DNA from: Actinomycetota bacterium | Lineage (GTDB): Bacteria; Actinomycetota; UBA4738; HRBIN12 | Direction of reading: 5' to 3' | Assembly (NCBI GenBank): GCA_035286545.1 | Contig: DATEDE010000072.1 | Span: 1 to 35,911 of the forward strand | DNA length: 35,911 bases | Shown: positions 1 through 8,558 of the stretch, piece by piece | Position numbering within the stretch: position 1 is the stretch's first letter | How the letters are laid out: the number at the start of each line of letters is the position of its first letter | The notes under the pieces: model-generated | Told to the model about the DNA's origin: nothing | What the model saw: only the letters and a program-made list of their open reading frames with translations | The model's database searches: none | Translations under genes and position numbers: made by a program

Positions 1-2
1 TC

Positions 3-602
3 CCGATCCTCGTCGATGCGGTCCCGCTGATCGGGCATCGCGCGATCCGCAACCGCGGCACCGTCGGCGGCAGCATCGCGCACGCCGACCCCGCCGCCGA
101 GTGGCCGGGCCTCGCGCTCGCCCTCGACGCGACCGTCGAAGCGGTCGGGTCGCGCGGCACGAGGTCGATCGCCGCCGAGGGATTCTTCCTCGCGCCGTTC
201 ACGAACGCGCTCGAGCCCGACGAGCTCGTTCGCGAGATCCGCTTCCGCGTCCCGGGGCCGGGTTCGGGGACGGCCTTCGTCGAGCACTCACGCCGGCACG
301 GCGACTTCGCGCTCGTCGGCGCGGCGGCGGTGGTCCATGTGGGGACCGACGGGAAGGTGTCGAGCGCGAGGATCTCGCTGATCGGGATCGGCGGGACGGC
401 CGTCCGCGCGCCCGACGGCGAGCGTGTGCTCGAGGGTGGGTCGCTCACCGACGCGGACGTCGAGGCGGCCGCGGCGGCGTGCCTGGCCACGGTCGATCCG
501 CCGAGCAGCGTGCACGGGTCGTCGGCGTACCGCCGGCACCTCGTCGGGGTGATGGTCGGGCGGGCGCTCCGGCTCGCGCGCGACCGGGCGAGGGCGGCGT
601 GA
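3..602 (+). CDS. Molybdenum hydroxylase FAD-binding medium subunit (CoxM/XdhB-like), 5' end cut by window edge
   Basis: Frame 3 is open from nt 3. My translation begins PILVDAVPLIGHRAIRNRGTVGGSIAHADPAAEWP and continues ...FVEHSRRHGDFALVGAAAVVHVGTDGKV...SSAYRRHLVGVMVGRAL. This is the pattern of FAD-binding medium subunits of the xanthine dehydrogenase family. TGA 600-602 overlaps the next GTG start. Confidence 0.85.
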   Translation, partial: PILVDAVPLIGHRAIRNRGTVGGSIAHADPAAEWPGLALALDATVEAVGSRGTRSIAAEGFFLAPFTNALEPDELVREIRFRVPGPGSGTAFVEHSRRHGDFALVGAAAVVHVGTDGKVSSARISLIGIGGTAVRAPDGERVLEGGSLTDADVEAAAAACLATVDPPSSVHGSSAYRRHLVGVMVGRALRLARDRARAA

Positions 603-1078
603 GCGCGATCGAGATCACGCTCGAGGTGAACGGCGACCCGGTCGTCGGCAGCGCGGAGCCGCGGACGACCCTTGCAGACTTCCTCCGCGAGGTGGCTGGG
701 CTCACGGGAACGCACCTCGGGTGTGAGCACGGCGTGTGCGGCGCCTGCACGATCCTCCTCGACGGCCGGAGCGTCCGATCGTGCCTCGTGCTCGCGGTGC
801 AGGCCGCGGGCCGCTCGGTGCGCACCGTCGAGGGCCTCGTCGGGCCCGGTGGCGAGCTGCACCCCCTGCAGGAGGCGTTCTCCGAGCTCCACGGTCTGCA
901 GTGCGGCTTCTGCACGCCGGGGTTCCTGATGACCGCGGTCGAGCTCCTCGAGGAGCGACCCAGCCCCGACGAGCGTGAGGTCCGCGAGGCGCTGGCCGGG
1001 AACCTATGCCGGTGCACCGGGTACGTGAACATCGTGAACGCGGTCCTTCTCGCCGCCGACCGGATGCGGGAGCCGTGA
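599..1078 (+). CDS. Molybdenum hydroxylase [2Fe-2S] small subunit (CoxS-like)
   Basis: GTG at 599 overlaps the upstream stop (GTGA). 159 aa. Both iron-sulfur motifs are visible: CEHGVCGACT and CGFCTPG...CRCTGY. The longer track ORF from 101 is an out-of-frame run-in over the previous gene. Confidence 0.9.
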   Translation: MSAIEITLEVNGDPVVGSAEPRTTLADFLREVAGLTGTHLGCEHGVCGACTILLDGRSVRSCLVLAVQAAGRSVRTVEGLVGPGGELHPLQEAFSELHGLQCGFCTPGFLMTAVELLEERPSPDEREVREALAGNLCRCTGYVNIVNAVLLAADRMREP

Positions 1079-3489
1079 GCCCCATGCCCGAGGAGGTGCT
1101 GCGGCTCGCCGAAGCCCGTCACGTGGGAACCCGGCTCCGCCGGCGTGAGGACGCCCGGCTGGTGTCGGGGCGGGCGCAGCACGTCGGCGACCTGCGGCTC
1201 ACGGGCACCGTCCACGCTTCGATCGTCCGAAGCCCCCTCGCCCACGCCCGGATCGGGTCGATCGACGCGACGGCGGCGCGCGGCGCTCCGGGCGTGATCG
1301 GCGTCTACACGGCGGCGGACCTCGAGGGCCGGGTGGATCCGATGGTGGAGTCCGCACGCGAGGACCTGTCCCCGAGGCTCGCCGAGCTCGTGGACCTCGA
1401 GGTGCGCAGCCTCCCGATGCCGGTCCTGGCCACCGACCGCGTCCGCTGGCTCGGCCAGCCGGTCGCGGCCGTCGTCGCGACGGACCCGTACCTCGCCGAG
1501 GACGCGGCGGCGCTCGTAGAGGTCGACTACGATCCGCTGTCGGCCGTGGCGAGCGCCGAGGCGGCGCTCGAGCCGGGGGCGCTCGTCCTGCACCCCGAGC
1601 TGCCGGACAACGTCCATGCCCGGCTCCGCGTGACCGCGGGCGACGTGGATCGCGCGCTCACCGAGGCCGATCACCGGTTGCGCGAGCGGTTCGAGTTGGG
1701 GCGGCAGGTCTCGAACGCGATCGAGCCGCGCGGCGTCCTCGCGAGCGTCGAGGGCGGCGTCCTCACGATCCGCGCGACGAACAACAAGCCCCACCTCGTG
1801 CGGACGTTCGTCTCGCGGATGCTCCGGATCCCCGCCGACCGCGTGCGGTTCGTGAGCCCGGACATGGGCGGCAGCTTTGGCGGCGGCGTGTTCCCGGAGG
1901 ACGTCCTGATCCCGTTCCTCGCGTACGACCTCGGGCGACCGGTCCGCTGGCTCGAGGATCGCCGCGAGAACCTCCTTGCGACCTCACACGGTCGCGATCA
2001 GGTCCACGAGGTGGAGATCGGCTTCCGCGACGACGGCACGGTCGTCGCGTTGCGCGACACGTTCACGATGGACGTGGGGGCGTACAACACGTACGCGGTC
2101 ACGGTGCCGTACAACACGGTCACCCACCTCCGGAGCCAGTACCGGATCGATCACTTCTCGGTCGACGGCTTGGTCGTCCTGACGACCAAGGCGCCGGCGG
2201 TCCCGGTCCGCGGGGCCGGTCGTCCCGAGGCCACGTTCGTGATAGAGCGCTCGATGGACCTCGTCGCGCGCGCGCTAGGCTTGGACCGTGCCGAGGTCCG
2301 CCGCCGCAACCTGATCCGGCCCGAGGAGATGCCCTACGACATGGGGATCCCGTACCGCGACACCGTTCCGATGCGGTACGAGGCGGCCGACTTCCCGGCG
2401 CAGCTCGAGGCCGCGCTCGAGGCGTTCGACTACGAAGGATGGCTCGAGCATCAGCGCGTCGCGCGGTCGCAGGGACGCAGGATCGGTATCGGCATCGCCG
2501 CGTTCATCGAGGGGTCGGGCCACGGGCCGTTCGAGGGGGCGGTCGTCCGGATCGACGAGAGTGGGCACGTCACGCTGCTCAGCGGGGCTCGCCCCCACGG
2601 GCAGGGCCACGAAACCGTGCTCTCGCAGATCGTCGCCGACCAGCTCGGTGTGCGTCCCGACGACGTCGACATCCGGGCGGGCGACACCGCGCTCCTCGCG
2701 TACGGGCGCGGCTCGTTCGCGAGCCGGACCGCCGTGATGGCGGGCAACGCGGCCGCGATCGCCGCGGCGCGGCTGCGCGAGAAGGTGCTCCGGGTCGCTG
2801 CCCGGGTCGTCGGCGCGGACCCCCTGGAGCTGCGGATCGAGGACGGGTGCGTGCGCTGGCCCGGCCACCCCGACGTCGAGATGGACCTGCGACGGGTCGC
2901 CGCGGAAGCGGCCCCCGGACCGAGGAGCCGCGTCGACGCGGGGGAGCAGCCCGGTCTCGAGGAGACCGCCTACTTCGTCCCGCCGACCGCCACGTTCGCC
3001 TCCGGGACGCACCTGGTCGCCGTCGAGGTAGACGCCGACACCGGCGGCGTTCGCGTCCTCGACTACGTCACGGTGGACGAGTGCGGCACCGTGTTGAACC
3101 CGACGATCGTGGAGGGGCAGGTGCATGGCGGTGTCGCGCACGGCCTCGGCAACGCGCTGCTCGAAGAGGCGGTGTACGACGAGGACGGGCAGCTCCTCAC
3201 CACCACGTACCTGGACTACCTCCTGCCGACGTCGATGGACGTCCCCTCGGTCCGCGTGGGCCACCAGGCGTTCCCGTCGGATCGCAATCCGCTCGGCGTG
3301 AAGGGCGTGGGGGAGGGAGGCGCCGTCGCGGCACCGGCCGCGATCGTGAACGCGATCGAGGACGCGATCTGGCCCTCGCCGGTCCGGATCACGCGGATCC
3401 CCGTCGCCCCCGAACGCATCGTCGACGCGATCTCGGCGGTGGGCGGCGCCGCGACGGACCGCGCGACGCAGGAGGATGCGGCGGGGTGA
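1075..3489 (+). CDS. Molybdenum hydroxylase large molybdopterin-binding subunit (xanthine dehydrogenase family; CoxL form-II-like, not a true CODH)
   Basis: GTG 1075 overlaps the CoxS-like stop (GTGA). 804 aa. N-terminus VGTRLRRREDARLVSGRAQHVGDL and C-terminal NPLGVKGVGEGGAVAAPAAIVNAI are typical of this family. The active-site loop reads VPVRGAGRPE rather than the AYxCSFR of form I CO dehydrogenase. Confidence 0.85.
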   Translation: MSPMPEEVLRLAEARHVGTRLRRREDARLVSGRAQHVGDLRLTGTVHASIVRSPLAHARIGSIDATAARGAPGVIGVYTAADLEGRVDPMVESAREDLSPRLAELVDLEVRSLPMPVLATDRVRWLGQPVAAVVATDPYLAEDAAALVEVDYDPLSAVASAEAALEPGALVLHPELPDNVHARLRVTAGDVDRALTEADHRLRERFELGRQVSNAIEPRGVLASVEGGVLTIRATNNKPHLVRTFVSRMLRIPADRVRFVSPDMGGSFGGGVFPEDVLIPFLAYDLGRPVRWLEDRRENLLATSHGRDQVHEVEIGFRDDGTVVALRDTFTMDVGAYNTYAVTVPYNTVTHLRSQYRIDHFSVDGLVVLTTKAPAVPVRGAGRPEATFVIERSMDLVARALGLDRAEVRRRNLIRPEEMPYDMGIPYRDTVPMRYEAADFPAQLEAALEAFDYEGWLEHQRVARSQGRRIGIGIAAFIEGSGHGPFEGAVVRIDESGHVTLLSGARPHGQGHETVLSQIVADQLGVRPDDVDIRAGDTALLAYGRGSFASRTAVMAGNAAAIAAARLREKVLRVAARVVGADPLELRIEDGCVRWPGHPDVEMDLRRVAAEAAPGPRSRVDAGEQPGLEETAYFVPPTATFASGTHLVAVEVDADTGGVRVLDYVTVDECGTVLNPTIVEGQVHGGVAHGLGNALLEEAVYDEDGQLLTTTYLDYLLPTSMDVPSVRVGHQAFPSDRNPLGVKGVGEGGAVAAPAAIVNAIEDAIWPSPVRITRIPVAPERIVDAISAVGGAATDRATQEDAAG

Positions 3490-4559
3490 GGGTCGCGGTC
3501 GTGGGGACGGGCGTCGGCGGCCTCGCGGTCGCCGGCCATGCCGGGCTGATCGGATCGGAGGTCGTGGTCCACGACCTCCGTGAGGAAGCCGTCGGTCCCG
3601 TCGGCGAACGCGGCGGCATCGAGGTCCGAGGCAAGGAGGAGGGGTTCGCGCCGGTGAAGCTCGCGACGACCGACATCGCGCGCGCCGTCGACGGCGCCGA
3701 CCTCGTCGTCGTCACCACGCAGGGACCCGACCAGCGCGCCGCCGCGGAGGCGATGGCGCCGCACCTGCGTGGCGGCCAGGTGGTGTTCGTGAAGCCCGGA
3801 TGCACGTTCGGCGCGCTCGAGGTGCGGGCGGTCCTCGAGGCGGCGGGCGTCGACGACGTCCCCGTCGCGGAGGCGGACAGCTTCGCGTACGGGTGCTCGA
3901 TCCCCGAGCCGGCGGTCTCGCAGATCTCGAGCGTGAAGGAGCGTTTCGGCGTCGCGGTGCTGCCGTCCGAGCGGCGCGAGGAGGTCGTCGAGCTCGTCCG
4001 GCGGCTGTTCGATCAGGCGGAGGCGGCGCCGAGCGTGCTCCATACGGGGCTCGGCAGCATGAACGCGATCCTGCACGTAGCGCCGATGGTCCTGAACGCC
4101 GGCCGGATCGAGGGGCCCGATGCCTTCGACTTCTACGGGAACGGCTTCACGCCCTCGGTGACGGCCGTCGTGCGCGCGATGGACGACGAGCGCGTCGCGG
4201 TCGCGACCGACCTCGACGTCGAGGTCCCCACGCTCGAGGGGTGGGCCGAGGCGACGTACGGCGTCCGCGGCGACGACATGTACGCCATCGTCCAGACGCT
4301 GCATCGCGATGTGTACGGTCCGCTGCCGGCGCCCACCACGCTGCGGCAACGCTACCTCACGGAAGACGTGCCCTGCGGAGCCGTCCCGGTCGCCGACCTC
4401 GCGCGGCAGGTCGGCGTCCCTGCCCCGGTGACGTCCGCGTGCATCACGCTCGCCGACGCGCTGCTCGGGACGGCCTGGAGTCGGGAAGGCCGGACGATGG
4501 CGCGCGTCGGGCTCGAGGGTCTCTCGGCGCGGGAGATCCGTCGGCGTCTCGTAGGCTGA
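3486..4559 (+). CDS. Opine (octopine/nopaline) dehydrogenase family NAD(P) oxidoreductase, paralogue 1
   Basis: GTG 3486 overlaps the large-subunit stop (GTGA). 357 aa. Rossmann motif VAVVGTGVGGLAVAG. Central ...SMNAILHVAPMVLNAGRIE... and ...RYLTEDVPCGAVP... resemble the octopine-DH C-terminal domain. The first 349 aa of track ORF 2439..4559 are an out-of-frame overlap. Confidence 0.7.
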   Translation: MRVAVVGTGVGGLAVAGHAGLIGSEVVVHDLREEAVGPVGERGGIEVRGKEEGFAPVKLATTDIARAVDGADLVVVTTQGPDQRAAAEAMAPHLRGGQVVFVKPGCTFGALEVRAVLEAAGVDDVPVAEADSFAYGCSIPEPAVSQISSVKERFGVAVLPSERREEVVELVRRLFDQAEAAPSVLHTGLGSMNAILHVAPMVLNAGRIEGPDAFDFYGNGFTPSVTAVVRAMDDERVAVATDLDVEVPTLEGWAEATYGVRGDDMYAIVQTLHRDVYGPLPAPTTLRQRYLTEDVPCGAVPVADLARQVGVPAPVTSACITLADALLGTAWSREGRTMARVGLEGLSAREIRRRLVG

Positions 4560-4573
4560 GGCCGCGGTCTCAG
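4556..4573. terminator. Short palindrome spanning both convergent stop codons (possible bidirectional terminator hairpin)
   Basis: CTGAGGCCGCGGTCTCAG can form a 7-bp stem (one G-U pair) with a CGCG loop. It contains TGA 4557-4559 (+ gene) and TCA 4570-4572 (- gene stop). No U-tract. Confidence 0.3.
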
Positions 4574-5475
4574 GGACCGGTGCCGGTCCCGGTCTCGATC
4601 GCCTCGATCCAGCGGCGGATCCCGGACCACTGGCTGCGGCCCACCGTGACGGGTGCGCGCCGGCCGAGCCCGCGCGCCCACACCGCGCGGTGACCGAGCT
4701 CGGCCGCCGCCTCGAGGTCCGAGCGGTCGGGCGGCGGGACGACGTCGAGCACGAGGCTGCCGACGGGCAGTCGCTCGAGGACGGCGCGGTCGACGACCCG
4801 CGCGGGGACGGTGGAGAAGATCATCGCGAGCTCGGGGGCGAGCCCGGGCAGGTCCTCGAGCGGGACGGCCCGCGCCCCGTCGGCGCGCGCAGCCGCCCGT
4901 TGGATCGGGTTGCGAGCGACGACATGGACGTCGGCGCCGAGGGCTCGGAGCCGGCGGGCGAGGACCGAGCCGATGTTCCCGAACCCCACGACCGCCACGC
5001 TCGAACCGTGGATCGTGACATCGGTGTGCTCGATCGCCGAGGCGAGCGCGCCCTCGACGATCGCGGCCGCTCGGAGCAGCATGAGCTCGCGGTCCGGGTC
5101 GTACCCGTGGAGCGTGATCGGCAGGCCGCGCGACGCATCGGCGAGCGCCTCGGTCACGCGCCCGCAGAAGACGTGCGCTCCCTCGCGCAGTGGGGCGAAC
5201 AACGCCCGGTCGATCGGGATCGGCTCGGGCGCGTGCGGCGCGTACAGCGCGCCGCCGACCCCGCGCGGGACCGGGAGGAGCGCGTGATCGGCCCCGCGCA
5301 TCGCCGCCTCGACGCCGTCGACCGCGATGACGCCGTCGATCCCGCCGGCGGGCCAGGGGAACCCGAAGGCGCGGACCGTCGCACCGGTGCGCGCCGCGAG
5401 ATCCGCGATCTCCTGCTCGCGCTCGTCGCCGCCGACGATCGCGAGCGTGATCCGCTCCCAGTCGAGCTTGGTCAA
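4570..5475 (-). CDS. DpaA (dipicolinate synthase subunit A, SpoVFA)-like NAD-binding dehydrogenase, paralogue 1
   Basis: 301 aa with a TTG start. LAIVGGDEREQEI..., ...AAAIVEGALASAIEHTDVTIHGSSVAVVGFGNIG... and C-terminal ARGLGRRAPVTVGRSQW line up with Bacillus SpoVFA as I recall it (IAVIGGDARQLEI / PTVEGTIMLAIQHTDYTIHGSQVAVLGLGRTG / GLPGIVAPKTAGQI). The start overlaps the upstream stop as TTGA. Confidence 0.75.
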   Translation of the reverse strand: MTKLDWERITLAIVGGDEREQEIADLAARTGATVRAFGFPWPAGGIDGVIAVDGVEAAMRGADHALLPVPRGVGGALYAPHAPEPIPIDRALFAPLREGAHVFCGRVTEALADASRGLPITLHGYDPDRELMLLRAAAIVEGALASAIEHTDVTIHGSSVAVVGFGNIGSVLARRLRALGADVHVVARNPIQRAAARADGARAVPLEDLPGLAPELAMIFSTVPARVVDRAVLERLPVGSLVLDVVPPPDRSDLEAAAELGHRAVWARGLGRRAPVTVGRSQWSGIRRWIEAIETGTGTGP

Positions 5476-5672
5476 TGGATCACGTCGGAGCGGTCGATCC
5501 CGAGGAGGCCTCCCCGGCCCCAGTCCTGCTTGGACACCTCGAGGAACCGGACCTGGACCATCTCGCGCCTCGCGCCCGCCTCCTCGATCAGCGCGTCCGT
5601 TATCCGCGCGACGAGCCGCCGTTTCTGATCCAGGGTCCGCCCCTCGAGGAGGTGCACCGTCACCAAGGGCAT
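5472..5672 (-). CDS. 4-oxalocrotonate tautomerase family protein (66 aa), paralogue 1
   Basis: ATG at 5672 (CAT 5670-5672). The product MPLVTVHLLEGRTLDQKRRLVARITDALIEEAGARREMVQVRFLEVSKQDWGRGG... has Pro right after the initiator Met and the 4-OT beta-alpha-beta pattern. The longer track ORF to 5915 adds an Arg-rich, non-homologous extension. Confidence 0.85.
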   Translation of the reverse strand: MPLVTVHLLEGRTLDQKRRLVARITDALIEEAGARREMVQVRFLEVSKQDWGRGGLLGIDRSDVIH

Positions 5673-5692
5673 CGCGACCGCCTCTCCGCGGG

Positions 5693-6682
5693 TCAGAGAC
5701 CGAGCTTGGTCATCGCCTGAGCGTGGTAGCGGTCGCCCGCGGCCGCGCCCGGCGGCGCGATCGCGTCGATCCGATCGAGCTCCTCGGCGGTGAGCTGAAC
5801 GCGCGCCGCTTCGGCGTTCTCCTCGAGGTACCTGCGGCGCTTCGTACCGACGATCGGGACGATGTCGTCCCCGCGCGAGAGCAGCCACGCGAGCGCGAGC
5901 TGTGAAAGGGTGCATCCCGTGACCTGCGCGACCGCCGCGAGGCGATCGATGAGGTCGAGGTTGTGGCGCAGGTTCTCGCCCTGGAACCTGGGGAACTTCC
6001 GCCGGTGGTCACCCTCCACGAGGTCGGTGTCCACGTCGCGGATCTTCCCGGTCAGCAGCGCGCGTCCGAGCGGGCTGTACGCGACGAAGCCGATCCCGAG
6101 CTCGCGGACGGTCGGCAGGATGCCCTCCTCGACGTCGCGGGTTATGAGCGAGTACTCCGTCTGGAGGGCGGCGATCGGATGGGTGGCGTGCGCTCGCCGG
6201 ATCGTCTCGACGCCCGCCTCCGACAACCCGACGTAGCGGACCTTGCCGGCGGCCACGAGCTCCGAGACCGCGCCGATCGTCTCCTCGATCGGCGTGTCTG
6301 GGTCCACGCGGTGCTGGTAGTAGAGGTCGATCACGTCGACGCCGAGGCGTCGCAGGCTCGCGTCGCAGGCCTGCCTGACGTAGTCGGGCCGACCGTTCAC
6401 GCCCGCGAACGCGCCGTTCTCGTCCAGGAGGTTCCCGAACTTCGTCGCGAGGACGACCTGGTCTCGGCGGTCGCGGATCGCCCGTCCGACGAGCTCCTCG
6501 CTGTGCCCGGAGGCGTAGACGTCCGAGGTGTCGATGAAGTCGATCCCGAGATCGAGGGCGCGCCGGATCGTCGCGGTGGCCTCGTCGTCGTCCGGCGTGC
6601 CGTACCACGCCACGCCCATCGTCCCGAGCCCGATCGCCGAGACGACCGGCCCCTCCCGGCCGAGCCTGCGTCGATCCATCAC
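5693..6682 (-). CDS. Aldo/keto reductase family oxidoreductase
   Basis: 329 aa. [17 protein letters not shown]..., [20 protein letters not shown] and ...LYYQHRVDP... are AKR hallmarks. It lies 20 nt upstream of the tautomerase on the same strand, so a three-gene operon is likely. Confidence 0.9.
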   Translation of the reverse strand: MMDRRRLGREGPVVSAIGLGTMGVAWYGTPDDDEATATIRRALDLGIDFIDTSDVYASGHSEELVGRAIRDRRDQVVLATKFGNLLDENGAFAGVNGRPDYVRQACDASLRRLGVDVIDLYYQHRVDPDTPIEETIGAVSELVAAGKVRYVGLSEAGVETIRRAHATHPIAALQTEYSLITRDVEEGILPTVRELGIGFVAYSPLGRALLTGKIRDVDTDLVEGDHRRKFPRFQGENLRHNLDLIDRLAAVAQVTGCTLSQLALAWLLSRGDDIVPIVGTKRRRYLEENAEAARVQLTAEELDRIDAIAPPGAAAGDRYHAQAMTKLGL

Positions 6683-6827
6683 CGCTCACCTATCGCGTCG
6701 GTCACGCTGCCTCGTCGTGGGTCGCGGATCGTCGTACCGTTCGAGGCGCCGATCGCCATCGGGCCAAGCCCGACTTGACTTCGCGACGTAGGACCGGGTA
6801 CAACCTGACCGACCTCGTTGGTCTAAA

Positions 6828-6835
6828 ATCGTACC
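6828..6835 (-). promoter_or_regulatory. GGTACGAT (minus strand), candidate extended -10 element for the AKR-tautomerase-DpaA-like operon
   Basis: The AT-rich core GGTCTAAAATCGTACCAAAGTAGGG sits in the divergent intergenic region 6683..6883. The reverse complement of ATCGTACC is GGTACGAT, the same octamer found upstream of aceE. The top strand also carries TAAAAT at 6824-6829 facing the ABC operon. Confidence 0.3.
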
Positions 6836-6883
6836 AAAGTAGGGCGAGCAGCGGTTCACCTGGCGCCGAGCGGAAGGCGAGCC

Positions 6884-7660
6884 TTGCCTCAAGTCGAGAT
6901 CCGCGGTGTGGGCAAGTCGTTCCCCAGGCAAGGCGACGGCGGCATGCTGCGGGTCCTGAACGACGTGAACATCACGCTCGAGGAGCGGACGTTCACGTGC
7001 CTCGTCGGCCCGAGCGGGTGCGGGAAGTCGACGCTCCTGCGGATCATCGACGGCCTGATGGCTCCCGACACGGGGGAGGTCCGGATCGGGGGCGAGGTTG
7101 TGACGTCGCCGTCCCTCGACCGCGGCTTCGTCTTCCAGCACTTCAACCTGCTGCCATGGCGCACCGTCCTGGGCAACATCGAGTTCGGGCTCGAGAACCT
7201 CGGCGTGAAGAAGGGGGAGCGCCGCCCCAAGGCGACCGAGATCCTCAAGCTCGTCGACCTCGAGGGGTTCGAGAGCTACTACCCCGGGCAGCTCTCGGGC
7301 GGGATGCAGCAGCGGGTCGGGCTCGCGCGCGCGCTCGCCGTCGATCCATCGCTCCTGCTGATGGACGAGCCGTTCGGCTCGGTCGACGACCAGACACGGA
7401 TGCTGCTGCAGGAGGAGCTCCTGAACATCTGGGAGCGCGACCAGAAGACCGTTGTCTTCGTCACCCACGACATCGAAGAGGCGCTCTACCTCGGCGACCG
7501 CGTCGTCGTGATGCGGGCGCGCCCGTCGAAGGTCTCACGGGTGATCGAGGTCCCGTTCGGCCGACCGCGCGTGGATGAGGTCCGCGGCTCGCCGGAGCTG
7601 GCCAGGCTCAAGCAGGAGATCTGGGACGAGCTGAAGTCCGGCGCGACGGTCGAAGGGTAG
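6884..7660 (+). CDS. ABC transporter ATP-binding protein, NitT/TauT (nitrate/sulfonate/taurine) family
   Basis: TTG start preceded by GGAAGG. Walker A GPSGCGKST, signature LSGGMQQRVGLARAL, Walker B LLLMDEPF. Confidence 0.9.
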   Translation: MPQVEIRGVGKSFPRQGDGGMLRVLNDVNITLEERTFTCLVGPSGCGKSTLLRIIDGLMAPDTGEVRIGGEVVTSPSLDRGFVFQHFNLLPWRTVLGNIEFGLENLGVKKGERRPKATEILKLVDLEGFESYYPGQLSGGMQQRVGLARALAVDPSLLLMDEPFGSVDDQTRMLLQEELLNIWERDQKTVVFVTHDIEEALYLGDRVVVMRARPSKVSRVIEVPFGRPRVDEVRGSPELARLKQEIWDELKSGATVEG

Positions 7661-7667
7661 CGGAGGC

Positions 7668-8558
7668 ATGGCGGATACGACACACCGGGAGGGCCTTGCG
7701 ACCGACGCCGCCGGGGCCCCCGCTGTCGTGGACGCCGCCGTCGCCGATGCCCCCCCGAGCGCGGCGAGCCGCCCACCCCCGTCGCGGCTGAAAGCGCTCC
7801 TCGAGAAGAAGTGGTTCCTCCGCCTCGTCGTGTACGGCGGGATACTCCTCGTCTTCCAGATCATCGCGATGCGGCAGGGTCCGTTCTTCCTGCCGACGAT
7901 CCCGGACATCCTGGCCGCGATCGTGGAGCTGTTCGCCGAGGGGTACATCACGGTGATGGGCCCGACGCTCCAGCAGCTGGTCGTCGGGTTCTTCCTCGCG
8001 ATGGCCATCGCGATCCCGCTCGGCGTGTTGATGGGGCGCTACGGTTTCTGGGAGGACGTCCTCGCGCCGTGGGTGAACACGATCTACGTGACCAGCAAGG
8101 AGTCCCTCCTCCCGATCCTGATCTTGATCTTCGGCCTCGGGTTCGGCTACCGAGTGATGGTCGTGGTCCTGTTCGCGGTGTTCTTCCCGATCATCAACAC
8201 GGCCGCGGGCATCCGGTACGTGGAGCGCGAGCTGCGGGAGACCGCCGAGGCCTTCGCGACGCCTCCATGGCGGATGGTCACCCGCGTGTACCTGCCGGCG
8301 GCGGCGCCGTTCATCGTCGCCGGGGTCAGGATGGGCCTCGCGATGGCGATCAAGGGCATGGTCATCGCCGAGATCTGGGTGTACATCGGAACCGGCGAGC
8401 TGCTCACGGCGTTCACACTGTCGCCTCGGCGGCTCGACCTCTACTACGCGCTCGCCACGGTGATCATCGTCGTGGCGGTGACGGCGAACGCGCTCCTGAA
8501 GCTCGCCGAGCAGCGACTCCGTCCGTACTCGAAGCTGCAGCGACAGGAAGCCGTCTGA
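7668..8558 (+). CDS. ABC transporter permease (NitT/TauT family), with Ala/Pro-rich N-terminal extension
   Basis: 296 aa with multiple hydrophobic spans. EAA-like loop ...AAGIRYVERELRETAEAFATPPWRMVTRVYLPAAAP.... The start is uncertain because the first ~50 aa are low complexity. Confidence 0.8.
   Translation: MADTTHREGLATDAAGAPAVVDAAVADAPPSAASRPPPSRLKALLEKKWFLRLVVYGGILLVFQIIAMRQGPFFLPTIPDILAAIVELFAEGYITVMGPTLQQLVVGFFLAMAIAIPLGVLMGRYGFWEDVLAPWVNTIYVTSKESLLPILILIFGLGFGYRVMVVVLFAVFFPIINTAAGIRYVERELRETAEAFATPPWRMVTRVYLPAAAPFIVAGVRMGLAMAIKGMVIAEIWVYIGTGELLTAFTLSPRRLDLYYALATVIIVVAVTANALLKLAEQRLRPYSKLQRQEAV

Noticed and set aside
3-3489. Annotating the three-subunit enzyme as aerobic carbon monoxide dehydrogenase (coxMSL)
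   Set aside because: The large-subunit active-site loop reads VRGAGRP, not the AYxCSFR loop carrying the Cu-binding Cys. No coxDEF-type accessory genes are present. A generic xanthine-dehydrogenase-family hydroxylase is the supportable call.
2439-4559. Treating track ORF 2439..4559 as a single 706-aa protein
   Set aside because: The first ~349 aa are an out-of-frame overlap with the Moco subunit gene and are Arg/Gly/Pro-rich. Recognisable opine-DH sequence begins at GTG 3486, exactly at the GTGA overlap.
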